This document shows, piece after piece, positions 1 to 8,871 of a stretch of DNA of 64,000 nucleotides. Both the position numbers and the translations under genes were made by a program. Origin of the DNA: Vulcanimicrobiota bacterium (GTDB taxonomy: Bacteria > Vulcanimicrobiota > Vulcanimicrobiia > Vulcanimicrobiales > Vulcanimicrobiaceae); assembly GCA_963787705.1 (NCBI GenBank), contig CAWBEA010000002.1:67661-131660 (forward strand), read 5' to 3'. Below the pieces are notes generated by a model. That model saw nothing but the letters and a program-made list of their open reading frames with translations, made no database searches and was not told the origin of the DNA. Position 1 is the first letter of the stretch; each line of letters starts with the position of its first letter.

Positions 1-227
1 ACCACCAGACGCTCAGCCACGATGCCTACCTCAAGTTCATCGAAGACGACTTTCTCGGCGGACTACGGATCGATCCTCAAACGGATGGCCGGCCCGATCA
101 GCGGCCGACCGTGCGCGAGAACGTCTCGATCCTGGGCGATCTCCGCAAGGACTTCGATTTTCGTCAGGGACCGCGCGTGCCAGAGGTTCTTCCGGGCGGC
201 ATCATCTGGAACGGCTTGTCACCCTGA
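1..227 (+). CDS. phosphoesterase-family protein (phospholipase C / acid phosphatase type), C-terminal fragment cut by the window edge
   Basis: Frame 3 reads HQTLSHDAYLKFIEDDFLGGLRIDP...GGIIWNGLSP, then TGA at 225-227. The H.S..KFIED.F motif is typical of the C-terminus of this family. It is absent from the ORF track because the start lies outside the window. Confidence 0.5.
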   Translation, partial: HQTLSHDAYLKFIEDDFLGGLRIDPQTDGRPDQRPTVRENVSILGDLRKDFDFRQGPRVPEVLPGGIIWNGLSP

Positions 228-238
228 GCGCGGTAGCG

Positions 239-1405
239 CTAAACGGCGGCGGCGGTTTCTAGGGGCGCGTGCTCTGTCATCTCGGAGATCAGCGCGGCAA
301 TTCGGCGAGAGCTATGACGCGGGGCGACGACTTCTTGGTTGTGGCGAATCATCTCGAGCCGGTCGGGCGCGGCAATGAGCGCTTTGACGGCGCGCACGAC
401 GGCCGCTGCGCCGTTGAGGGCGATCAAACCAAGACCGTTGCGGCGCACGAAGTCGACGTTGCCGCGCTCCTGGCCCGGGACGTAGTCGTAGACGATCACC
501 GGAAGCTGCGCGGCGTTCGCCTCCGCAAGCGTTCCGGGGCCGGCCTTCGTAACGAGAAGATCGACGGCGCGAAAATACTCGGGGATTTTATCGGTGAAAC
601 CGAGGACGTGCATCTTGGTGGGCAGCGAGCGCGCGAGTTCTTTGAGCCTCGCTTCGAGCGGTTCGTTGCGGCCGCAGACGACCACGAGCTCGATGGAAAG
701 TTTGGCCTTTGCGAGCGCTAGTGCGGTTGAAAGAAGTTTGCCGCCGCCTTCGCCGCCCGCCATCAGCATCACGACCGGAGTTTTGTCGGCCGGCAAATCG
801 AGCGCCGCGCGCAAGCTCGCTTTGCTTCCGGTGACGTCGTCGAACTTCGGATGAATCGGATGCCCGAGCAGATGCAACCGCCGCGTCGGCACGGCGCGCG
901 AGAGCGCGCGTTGGTAGACTTCGCGAGCCGGAACGACGACGGCGTCGACGTTGGGGACGAGCCACGACTCGTGAACCTTGCCCAGGTCGGTGATGACGGT
1001 GACGACCGGAACGTGTTGCATGTGCGCGTCGTCGCGCGCGCGCATCGCCGCGTGATTGAGCAGCGGATGGACCGAAACGATAACGTCGGGCTGGTAACTA
1101 ATGAAGAGGTCGCGTAGGCGCTCGCGGTAGAGCGGCTCGCAGAAACGCACGAGCGCGCGGTAGCGCCGGCGTCCGTTCGTGGCATAGTACAGCGCGCCGT
1201 AGAGCGGCGGAGCGTAGCGCAGAGCCATGCTGTATCCCAGCCCGAGCTGGGTGAGCGGGAAGGCGCAATGGGCCGCAACGTCCTCGATCCGTGTCTCAAA
1301 CGGCTCGTGGGCGCCAGATTCATTGAGGGCTGCCACGATCGCGTTCGCGGCGCTGCGGTGCCCGCCGCCCGTGTCCGAGATCAAAAGTAGCGCCCGTTTG
1401 GCCAT
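239..1405 (-). CDS. MGDG-synthase / UgtP-like glycosyltransferase (GT28-type, GT-B fold)
   Basis: In ORF 239..1576, the internal ATG at 1405-1403 gives MAKRALLLISDTGGGHRSAANAI, the N-terminal glycine loop of diacylglycerol glycosyltransferases. The C-terminal half carries GGEGGG ... TKAGPGTLAEA. Confidence 0.8.
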   Translation of the reverse strand: MAKRALLLISDTGGGHRSAANAIVAALNESGAHEPFETRIEDVAAHCAFPLTQLGLGYSMALRYAPPLYGALYYATNGRRRYRALVRFCEPLYRERLRDLFISYQPDVIVSVHPLLNHAAMRARDDAHMQHVPVVTVITDLGKVHESWLVPNVDAVVVPAREVYQRALSRAVPTRRLHLLGHPIHPKFDDVTGSKASLRAALDLPADKTPVVMLMAGGEGGGKLLSTALALAKAKLSIELVVVCGRNEPLEARLKELARSLPTKMHVLGFTDKIPEYFRAVDLLVTKAGPGTLAEANAAQLPVIVYDYVPGQERGNVDFVRRNGLGLIALNGAAAVVRAVKALIAAPDRLEMIRHNQEVVAPRHSSRRIAALISEMTEHAPLETAAAV

Positions 1406-1418
1406 AGGACCCCCTCGA

Positions 1419-1946
1419 TTAGGCTCTGGCCGGAACCCTCCTCGTCGCGCGCCGGCCGGCATTCCGCGCTCGACGGCCCGTTGGTGCGAGCCAAGACAAG
1501 AGCGCGCGAGCCGGCGCATCGTAGAAGCGGAAGATGTCGCCAAACTCGACCTCGGGATTTCGGTGGTGCCCGTCATGGTCCTCGGGAAGGACGATTCCCA
1601 GGGGGCGCAAGAGGGCGCGGGCGCTGGTTGGGGTCCGCCAGCCCAGGTCGGTCGTGTGGCGCCACCAGACGTGAAGCTGGCCTAGGGCGAGGCCGGCAAC
1701 CGCGCCGGGCCAGGAGAGGCGCCAAAGCAAAGCGGCAACGACCATGTATGGAATCGCGCCCAGAAAACCATCGAGCAAGACCGCCGGATCGGTCGACAGC
1801 ACGGCGTGATCGAAGTACGGGCGCCGGCGGTCGTGGTGCGTGCGCAAGTGCAGCGTGAACCACAGATGCTGCGGCACGTGATAGAAGAACGTCGAACCAA
1901 AGTCTCCAACGACGAGCGTAACGATGAGAGCCGTGACAAAGAACAT
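1419..1946 (-). CDS. fatty acid hydroxylase / sterol desaturase superfamily membrane protein
   Basis: 175 aa with histidine boxes HLRTHH, HVWWRH and HDGHH. It lies 13 nt upstream of the glycosyltransferase on the same strand. Confidence 0.6.
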   Translation of the reverse strand: MFFVTALIVTLVVGDFGSTFFYHVPQHLWFTLHLRTHHDRRRPYFDHAVLSTDPAVLLDGFLGAIPYMVVAALLWRLSWPGAVAGLALGQLHVWWRHTTDLGWRTPTSARALLRPLGIVLPEDHDGHHRNPEVEFGDIFRFYDAPARALLSWLAPTGRRARNAGRRATRRVPARA

Positions 1947-2652
1947 GCGTTTCGTCCCCTTATGCGGCGGATTTACGATTCATGGTGTCTCGTTTGCGGC
2001 GGCTATAGTGTTGTCCGGATGCACGTTACCTACCATATACCATACCAACGCCCGAACAATCGCGCCGCCCCAACTGCGGCGGACCCTTAATATCGCGTTA
2101 AGCTGGCCGTCGCCCGCCCGCGTTGACGCACTCCGCGACGCCGTCCTGATTCGCGACGGGCCGGCGGTCAATAGCGCGGATCTCGCGATTGCCCGCGCGA
2201 TTCTCCGGACCAATCCTCGTTTACAACCGGCTTACGCACTGCTGTTTGCCGGAGCGACGGCGCGCGCGGCCCGCAGCCATTCACTCCCCGCGGAGTTCCT
2301 CGGCGCAACGCTCTTGCAAGAATCGGCGTACGATCCGCAGGCCATCTCCTCGGCCGGCGCGATCGGGATCGCTCAGTTCATGCCGGAGACGGCGGCGGAC
2401 GTCGGCCTGGATCCGTACGACCCATTTGCATCGATCGAGGCGGCGGCGGCACTCATCGGTGGATACGCCGATGCGTATCGGGGGCGTTACGCCGATCCCT
2501 ATTCGACTGCGCTGGCGGCATATAACGCCGGTCCCTATGCCGTCACGCGATACGGCGGCGTGCCGCCGTATGCTGAAACGCGCGAATACATCGCGCTGAT
2601 TTTCGATCGCTGGGCCCGCATCGTCTCGTACGAGCGTGCCGGCGGAGATTGA
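1945..2652 (+). CDS. lytic transglycosylase (SLT domain) lipoprotein
   Basis: SLT motifs LLQESAYDPQAISSAGAIGIAQFMPETA and ALAAYNAGPYAV are present. The ATG at 1945 gives the signal MRFVPL...AIVLSGC (lipobox). ATG 1924 is an alternative start. Confidence 0.75.
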   Translation: MRFVPLCGGFTIHGVSFAAAIVLSGCTLPTIYHTNARTIAPPQLRRTLNIALSWPSPARVDALRDAVLIRDGPAVNSADLAIARAILRTNPRLQPAYALLFAGATARAARSHSLPAEFLGATLLQESAYDPQAISSAGAIGIAQFMPETAADVGLDPYDPFASIEAAAALIGGYADAYRGRYADPYSTALAAYNAGPYAVTRYGGVPPYAETREYIALIFDRWARIVSYERAGGD

Positions 2653-2694
2653 GATGGGAGGTGGAAGCCTATCGGCCATCAGGAGGTAGTCGAG

Positions 2695-3177
2695 ATGCGT
2701 TTGCCCCTACGTGTCGTCCTCGTTGCATTGCTTGCCGTCGCGGTGGGCAGCTGCGGTTTGCAGGCGAGCCCGGCGGACGGGCTGCGATTCGAGGCGCCCA
2801 ATGGCTGGCGCCCGTCGCCCGGGATCCTGGGCTTCATGCAGTTCTGGCGTCCGCCGACTGAGGACCGGGAAGTGCTGATGCTCTTTAAGTCGCCTCGGCC
2901 GATGAAGACAAACGAGATCTTCTCGAACTCCAACATGCAAGACACGATGAAAGACGTGACGATCGTTACGCAGCAAACGATAAAGATTTGCGGCGCGCAA
3001 CCCGCAAAGTACGTCCAGGCGCGAGGCTCCTCTTCGCAGGGAGGTCCGATCGATATCGAAACCGTGGCCACCATTATCGGAGGCTCGAGTTACTTCGCGG
3101 TTTACGTACGGCCGATCGCCGTCCGGCCCAACCCTACAGCCCTCGCGGCGTTGCGAGAAGTCTGCCCGAAACCCTAG
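2695..3177 (+). CDS. hypothetical lipoprotein
   Basis: 160 aa with signal peptide MRLPLRVVLVALLAVAVGSC. No family recognised. Confidence 0.5.
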   Translation: MRLPLRVVLVALLAVAVGSCGLQASPADGLRFEAPNGWRPSPGILGFMQFWRPPTEDREVLMLFKSPRPMKTNEIFSNSNMQDTMKDVTIVTQQTIKICGAQPAKYVQARGSSSQGGPIDIETVATIIGGSSYFAVYVRPIAVRPNPTALAALREVCPKP

Positions 3178-3191
3178 AGGTTCCTAATCGC

Positions 3192-4607
3192 TTGGCGCTC
3201 CGCAGCGCGTTAAGGCAGCTCGTCACCCGCCAGCCCCTGGGATGGACTGCGCCGTCGACCTCGGGCCCTCCGTTGCGGCGAGTCTTGGGCTGGCCGGCCT
3301 TGACCGGCATCGGCTTGGGAACGATGCTCGGCGGAATCTTCACGACGATCGGCGCCGGCGCGCATGCCGCCGGACCGGCCGTCATCCTGGCATACGTCCT
3401 TTCGGGGCTCGTCAGCCTGTGCGTGGCGCTCTGTTATGCCGAGTTCGCTTCGATGGTCCCGGTCGCCGGCAGCGCTTACACGTACGCCTACGCGACGATG
3501 GGCGAGCTCGTCGCTTGGATAATCGGCTGGGATCTGATCCTGGAATACGGCCTCTCTTTGGCGCCCACCGCGTCGTCGCTGTCCGACTACCTTGCACACA
3601 TGCTGGCCAACGTCGGAATCGTCTTGCCCGCGTGGGCGCAGACTGCCAACATTCACGCCATTCATCCGCAGATCGATCTCGTCGCTTCCATCGTGACGCT
3701 CGCCGTCACCGTGCTCGTTGCCGTCGGCATTCGCGAATCGGCCGGCGTCAACGGAGCGCTGGTCATCGTGCAGATCGTGTCGATGCTGGTTTTTATCGGT
3801 GCGGTCGCACCCTTCGTGCACCTCGGAAATCTGCAACCGTTTGCGCCGATGGGCTATCACGGCGTGATCGCGAGCACCGCATTGGTATTCTTTGCGTACA
3901 TCGGTTTCGACACGGTGACCGTCGCTTCGGAAGAAGCGAAGCAGCCGGAGCGTAACGTCCCGATCGGCATCGTTCTGGCGCTTGCCCTGGGCGGCATTCT
4001 CTATGTGGCGTTAACGCTGTGCACGGTCGGCGTCCTGCGCTTCGATCGCCTGTCCGAAGGAGCCGCGATGCTCGACGCGCTGGGCTCGGTCAGCAAGAGC
4101 CACGCGCTGTATTGGATCGTCGCAATCGGCGGTTTGGCGGGCAACACGACGGTCATGCTGACGTCGCTGCTGGGGCAGGTGCGCATCTTCTACGTGATGG
4201 CGCGCGATCGCATGTTGCCGCCAGGCGTCGCGCGGATTCATCACGTTTTTCGCACGCCGGCGCGGATGACGCTGATCACCGGTGCGATCGTTGCGGTGTT
4301 CGCGGCGGTCTTTCCCTTGACGCAACTGCTGTTGCTCGTCAATATCGGTACGCTCGCGGCCTTCGCAATCGTGTGCGCCGGAGTCTTGGTGCTGCGCTTC
4401 GTGAACCCGTCGGCGCCGCGTCCGTTCCGGGCGCCCCTTTTGCCGCTCTTTTCGATTGCCGGGGCCGGGTCGTGCCTCTACCTCGTGAGCGGCCTCCAGG
4501 TCGCGACCTGGTGGCGCTACGGCATCTGGTTCCTGGTCGGCCTCGCGGTTTATGCACTCTACGGGTTTTGGAACTCCCGCCTGCGGATCGAGCTAATCGA
4601 GCCCTAG
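3192..4607 (+). CDS. APC-superfamily amino acid permease (cationic amino acid transporter-like)
   Basis: Motifs GIGLGTMLGGIFTTIGAGA...CYAEFASMVPVAGSAYTYAY plus about 12 hydrophobic segments. The ORF-track start 2988 overlaps the previous gene. TTG 3192, 11 nt after AGAGG, is my best start guess. Confidence 0.8.
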   Translation: MALRSALRQLVTRQPLGWTAPSTSGPPLRRVLGWPALTGIGLGTMLGGIFTTIGAGAHAAGPAVILAYVLSGLVSLCVALCYAEFASMVPVAGSAYTYAYATMGELVAWIIGWDLILEYGLSLAPTASSLSDYLAHMLANVGIVLPAWAQTANIHAIHPQIDLVASIVTLAVTVLVAVGIRESAGVNGALVIVQIVSMLVFIGAVAPFVHLGNLQPFAPMGYHGVIASTALVFFAYIGFDTVTVASEEAKQPERNVPIGIVLALALGGILYVALTLCTVGVLRFDRLSEGAAMLDALGSVSKSHALYWIVAIGGLAGNTTVMLTSLLGQVRIFYVMARDRMLPPGVARIHHVFRTPARMTLITGAIVAVFAAVFPLTQLLLLVNIGTLAAFAIVCAGVLVLRFVNPSAPRPFRAPLLPLFSIAGAGSCLYLVSGLQVATWWRYGIWFLVGLAVYALYGFWNSRLRIELIEP

Positions 4608-4672
4608 GACCATCCGCCTGCAACCCGCCGAGCGTTCCCCGTTTATAACTGGTCGTACTCGGGCATGAGGGG

Positions 4673-5677
4673 GTGCACGTGGCTATAGATACAGCGGTCT
4701 CCGACCGCTTCGAACTGATTACCGTGCCTCGTGCGAGGGGCGTGCCTTCGTTTGCCGAGGACGTCGCGGCGGGCATGAGCTCGACGCCGAAGCGTTTGCC
4801 GTCGAAATATCACTACGACGACGTCGGCTCGGCGCTCTTCGACGCGATCACGCATCTTCCCGAATACTATCTGACGCGAGCGGAAACCGAGATACTCTCG
4901 GAATGGGGCTGGCAGATCGTCCGATTGCTCGACGCGCCGGTTGACTTTCTGGAACTCGGAAGTGGGAGCGCGATAAAAACCCGGCTTTTAATCGGCGAAG
5001 CGTTGCGCGTGCAAGACCGGCTGCTCTATTGCCCGATCGATATTTCCACCGAGGCCGTCTGCGCATCGTCGATGGCCCTCGTGGAGAGCTATCCGGAATT
5101 GCGCGTGCGCGCCTACGCGGGCGACTATTTCGACGTGCTCGAGTCGCAAGCGGTACTTTCGGATCATAAAATGCTCGCGATGTTCATGGGGTCGAACATC
5201 GGCAACTACGAGCCGCAGGAATCGCGCCAGCTACTGGCCTTGCTCGGCTCCGCGCTGCGACAAGGCGATGGGTTGTTGATCGGAACCGATCTCAAGAAGG
5301 ATCGCGCGACGCTCGAGCGCGCCTACGACGATCCGATCGGCGTGACGGCCGCCTTCAACCGCAACGTGCTCGTACGGATCAATCGCGAACTCGACGCCGA
5401 CTTCGATCTCAAAAAATTCCATCACATCGCGCAGTACGACGAGCGGCGTGGTTCGGTCGATTCGTTCCTCGAAGCACAAGAGCGCATGAGCGTTCGCGTA
5501 CGCGCCGCGGATCTTCGGATCAGCCTGGAAGCGGGAGAACGAATTCACACCGAATCGTCGTACAAATTTGCCGACAATGATGTGGCGCGTCTGGCCGAAG
5601 GCGCCGGTTTTACGCCGCGATCGGTCTGGCACGATGACGCGAAAAGCTTCAGCGTTCACCTCTTGGTTCGTCGATAG
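4673..5677 (+). CDS. egtD: L-histidine N-alpha-methyltransferase (EgtD family)
   Basis: Colinear with mycobacterial EgtD as I remember it: PKRLPSKYHYDDVGSALFDAITHLPEYYLTRAE, LELGSGSAIKTRLL, FMGSNIGNY, GTDLKKD...AYDD..GVTAAFNRNVL, ESSYKF. Confidence 0.85.
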   Translation: MHVAIDTAVSDRFELITVPRARGVPSFAEDVAAGMSSTPKRLPSKYHYDDVGSALFDAITHLPEYYLTRAETEILSEWGWQIVRLLDAPVDFLELGSGSAIKTRLLIGEALRVQDRLLYCPIDISTEAVCASSMALVESYPELRVRAYAGDYFDVLESQAVLSDHKMLAMFMGSNIGNYEPQESRQLLALLGSALRQGDGLLIGTDLKKDRATLERAYDDPIGVTAAFNRNVLVRINRELDADFDLKKFHHIAQYDERRGSVDSFLEAQERMSVRVRAADLRISLEAGERIHTESSYKFADNDVARLAEGAGFTPRSVWHDDAKSFSVHLLVRR

Positions 5678-5730
5678 CAGATAGGGAAGAACCGCTCGTT
5701 CGGGAAGTAGCGGGCGAGGTATTTTCCCAT

Positions 5731-7350
5731 ATGACGCGTCGTCTTCTCATTTTTGCCATCGTCTGTGCTTTTGCCGCAGGCTGCCGCGGAGCAAGCGGCC
5801 CAACCGGTGCGATTCCACCGGGGCCGGCGATGCTTTCGCAACCGCCGGCTGGAGCGAGGCTCTCGCCGGACACCAACGTAAACGAGCTTCCCGAACCCCC
5901 GGTCGTCAAGGCGGTCAATGGCGTCGCGACGGTCTCGCTGACCGCCGGCATTAACCCGGCCACGGGCTTACCGTCGTTCGAGTACGAGGGCCTACACGGG
6001 GTCGCACCGACGATCGAAATCGAACCTGGCCAACGCTTTATTGTCGATGTCACCGACGACTTGCCGGCCAGCGCCGGGCTGGCGTCGGACATGAACCTGC
6101 ATTTTCATGGGATGGGCTCAGCGCCGCATCCGCCCGGCGACTATATCTTCGAGTATGCCACCCCCGGGCAGACGCTACACTACGAGGTGCACGTCCCCGT
6201 AAGTCAGGAGCCGGGCCTCTATTGGTATCACCCGCACATCCACGGCGAGACTAGCTACCAAGTTGGCGAAGGTGGAATGTCGGGCGCGATCGTCGTCCTA
6301 GGCATCGAGAAGCACCTGCCTCGACTCGCTAAGATGAAGCAGCGATTGATCGTCGTTCGAGCGACTGGGATCGGCGTGAATGCACGGCCTCACGACGACG
6401 TCGCCGAGGCGGAAGATTCGGATGACGGAATGCCCGGCATGGGCGCTATGCCGATGGCGACGGCGCGCCCGCTCAATAGCAATAAGACACCGTGCCTTTT
6501 CTACGATGGCCTTAACGTAGCGCTCAACGGCGCTTTCGAACCGGTGATCACGATTGCACCGGGCGAGAAGCAGTTCTTCCGAGTGGTCAATGCGACGGGC
6601 CACAAGACGCTCAAGCTCAACGTGGAAGGCGAGAATCTTCAACTGGTCGCGGTCGATGGGTTTGCCCTCGATACCTATCCGGGCACGCCTTCGACGGAGT
6701 CGATGCCTTACATCATCGTTCCTCCGGCCGCGCGCGCGGAGTTCATCGTTACCGGCCCAAAAAGCGGCCATGGCACCTTGCGGACGCTCTGCTATAACAC
6801 GGGTCCCGATGGGGATGCCGATCCGCCGTGGTTGCTCGCGAAGCTCGAGGCGCCCAAGCATAAGCCGGCGGGTGGAGACTTCTCGACGCAGCCGCTCGCC
6901 GCCGGAGCGCCCCAAGTTCAGAACGGCTATAACACCAAGCTTCCGCCGCCGGCGGCAAAGCGCGTCGTCGTCTTTAGCGAGAATTCGAAGCCGCGGTTTT
7001 TCATCAACGGCAAGATGTTTTCGATGAACGCGAAGCCGATGTACGTAGTACACGCCGGCACCGTCGAAGCGTGGCACGTTGTAAACGTCACCGAGGAAAT
7101 TCACGACTTTCACATCCATCAGCTTCACTTTTTGGTCCAAAAGATCAACGGTGTCCCGGTTGCTCATCCGTATTGGGCCGATAGCGTCGTCATTCCGCAT
7201 CGCTTCCCGGTTGGAATCAGGAGCGTCCCGGGCACGATCGACCTGTTGATGGATTTCCGCTCACCCCTCATCAAGGGCGAGTTCGTCTTTCACTGCCACA
7301 TACTCGATCACGAGGACCAAGGCATGATGGCAAAAATAGAGGTAATCTAA
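5731..7350 (+). CDS. multicopper oxidase (laccase-like) lipoprotein
   Basis: Copper-binding motifs HFHGM, WYHPHIHG, HDFHIHQ and HCHILDHEDQGMM. Lipobox signal FAAGC. Confidence 0.85.
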   Translation: MTRRLLIFAIVCAFAAGCRGASGPTGAIPPGPAMLSQPPAGARLSPDTNVNELPEPPVVKAVNGVATVSLTAGINPATGLPSFEYEGLHGVAPTIEIEPGQRFIVDVTDDLPASAGLASDMNLHFHGMGSAPHPPGDYIFEYATPGQTLHYEVHVPVSQEPGLYWYHPHIHGETSYQVGEGGMSGAIVVLGIEKHLPRLAKMKQRLIVVRATGIGVNARPHDDVAEAEDSDDGMPGMGAMPMATARPLNSNKTPCLFYDGLNVALNGAFEPVITIAPGEKQFFRVVNATGHKTLKLNVEGENLQLVAVDGFALDTYPGTPSTESMPYIIVPPAARAEFIVTGPKSGHGTLRTLCYNTGPDGDADPPWLLAKLEAPKHKPAGGDFSTQPLAAGAPQVQNGYNTKLPPPAAKRVVVFSENSKPRFFINGKMFSMNAKPMYVVHAGTVEAWHVVNVTEEIHDFHIHQLHFLVQKINGVPVAHPYWADSVVIPHRFPVGIRSVPGTIDLLMDFRSPLIKGEFVFHCHILDHEDQGMMAKIEVI

Positions 7351-7452
7351 AAAGGCCCCTATTTTGCTCATGTCGTTGTCGGCTCGGGGTTCGATTGCCA
7401 TAGCAAACTTCACCCCTCGCCTCCTAGACCTGAGCAAAATATGAGCCTTTTT
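7349..7452. repeat. AT-rich 22-bp inverted repeat enclosing about 60 nt, between convergent genes (possible bidirectional terminator or miniature element)
   Basis: Arm 7349-7370 (AAAAAGGCCCCTATTTTGCTCA) pairs with arm 7431-7452 (TGAGCAAAATATGAGCCTTTTT) at 20 of 22 positions. An inner GGGGT/ACCCC hairpin is present. Confidence 0.5.
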
Positions 7453-7462
7453 GGTTCGCGTT

Positions 7463-8077
7463 TTAGCTGGGCGTTGCGCGACGTTCTGCTAGACGGAGTG
7501 CGGCTTCGACGGCGATTGCGAGCGCGCAGGCCGCGAGGCTTCCGGCCACGATCATTTGCGGCTGATGCAGCGTCAGCCCGTTGAAGATGAGGACGCCCAA
7601 ACCGACGCCGCCGACGTAGCCGCCGAGCGTGGCGATCGAAATCATCGAAATCGCCGCGATGCGCACGCCGCCGATCAAGATGGGTAAGGCGAGCGGAAAC
7701 TCGACGCGCAGCAATATCTGCGGCGGCGACATTCCCAAGCCTCGCGCGGCGTCTACCTGCGCGCGGTCCACGCCGTTGATGCCGGCGACGACGTTGCGCG
7801 CCAGCATGAACTGCGCGTAGAGGACCAGCGCCACGAAGATCGGCGTGTACCCAAGCCCGAACCACTCAACGAGGACGGCCAGCAACGCCAGGCTCGGAAT
7901 CGTATAGATCGCGCCCAACGTGCCGAGCAGCCACGGCGCGACGTTCTGGCGTCGCGCCGCCCACAAACCGAGCGGTACGGCGACGAGGAGCGCGGCCACA
8001 AGCGCAACGCCGACTAGCTCGAGGTGCGCCGCCGCTAATGCCGCGACGCGCGCCGGGTGAGCGATGAGGTATGTCAC
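7463..8077 (-). CDS. osmoprotectant (glycine betaine/choline-type) ABC transporter permease
   Basis: GTG 8077-8075 overlaps the ATPase stop (GTGA). BPD-transporter EAA-like loop ARGLGMSPPQILLRVEFPLALP. The rest of ORF 7463..8824 is an out-of-frame shadow. Confidence 0.85.
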   Translation of the reverse strand: MTYLIAHPARVAALAAAHLELVGVALVAALLVAVPLGLWAARRQNVAPWLLGTLGAIYTIPSLALLAVLVEWFGLGYTPIFVALVLYAQFMLARNVVAGINGVDRAQVDAARGLGMSPPQILLRVEFPLALPILIGGVRIAAISMISIATLGGYVGGVGLGVLIFNGLTLHQPQMIVAGSLAACALAIAVEAALRLAERRATPS

Positions 8078-8871
8078 GCGTTCGCGGTCCGCAGCAGCTC
8101 GCGAGCGTGCACGAAGTAGCGCCGGTAGACGTCGTCGCCGGCATGAACGAGATCGCGAACGTAGGGCGTCGCGGGCCGGTCGAAGAGGTCGAGCGGCGTC
8201 GCCACTTGTTCGACGCGGCCGCCGCGCATGACGACGATCCGGTCCGCTAGCCGAAACGCTTCGTCGACGTCGTGCGTCACGAAGAGCGTCGTCGTTTCGA
8301 GTTCGCGAACGATCCGCACGAGCTCGCGCTGAAGCGCGGTGCGCGCCAAGACGTCGACCGCCCCGAACGGTTCGTCCATCAGTAGAGCGCGCGGCCGCGC
8401 GGCGATTGCGCGTGCAACCCCAACGCGCTGCGCCTCGCCGCCCGAGAGCTGGCTGGGACGGCGATTGCGATAGGCCGCCGGCTCGAGTCCGACCAGCGCC
8501 AGAAGCTCGTCCACGCGCTGGGCGATCTGCGGGGTCGTCCAGCCTTGAAGCGATGGCACGACGGCGACGTTTTGCGCGACGCTCATGTGAGCGAAGAGTC
8601 CAACGGCTTGGATCACGTAACCGATGCCGCGCCGCAGCTCGACCGGGTCGAGTTCGGTGACGTCGCGCCCGTCCACGACGACTCGTCCGCCGTCGAGCGG
8701 CACCAAGCGGTTGACGGTGCGCAGCAGCGTCGATTTCCCACAGCCCGATGGGCCAAGCAGCACGACAAGTTCGCCGCCGTGTAACTCGAACGAGACGCCG
8801 TCGACGGCGTTGCGATCCGAGCAAGGGTATCGAACGACGACGTTCTCAAAAGCAATTTGTGCTGCATTCAC
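8074..8871 (-). CDS. ABC transporter ATP-binding protein (OpuCA/ProV-like core)
   Basis: Walker A GPSGCGKST, signature LSGGEAQRV, Walker B LLMDEPFGAVD. Confidence 0.9.
   Translation of the reverse strand: MNAAQIAFENVVVRYPCSDRNAVDGVSFELHGGELVVLLGPSGCGKSTLLRTVNRLVPLDGGRVVVDGRDVTELDPVELRRGIGYVIQAVGLFAHMSVAQNVAVVPSLQGWTTPQIAQRVDELLALVGLEPAAYRNRRPSQLSGGEAQRVGVARAIAARPRALLMDEPFGAVDVLARTALQRELVRIVRELETTTLFVTHDVDEAFRLADRIVVMRGGRVEQVATPLDLFDRPATPYVRDLVHAGDDVYRRYFVHARELLRTANA

Noticed and set aside
7381-7400. GGGGTTCGATTGCC resembling a tRNA T-arm
   Set aside because: I could not build an acceptor stem, D-arm or anticodon arm around it. It sits in the loop of the 7349-7452 inverted repeat.
7463-8824. 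453-aa ORF in the track spanning the permease and most of the ATPase gene
   Set aside because: Only 7463-8077 reads like a permease. The upstream 250 codons are Arg-rich and lie out of frame over the well-supported ATPase gene (Walker A/B in ORF 8074..8871). GTG 8077 overlaps the ATPase stop.
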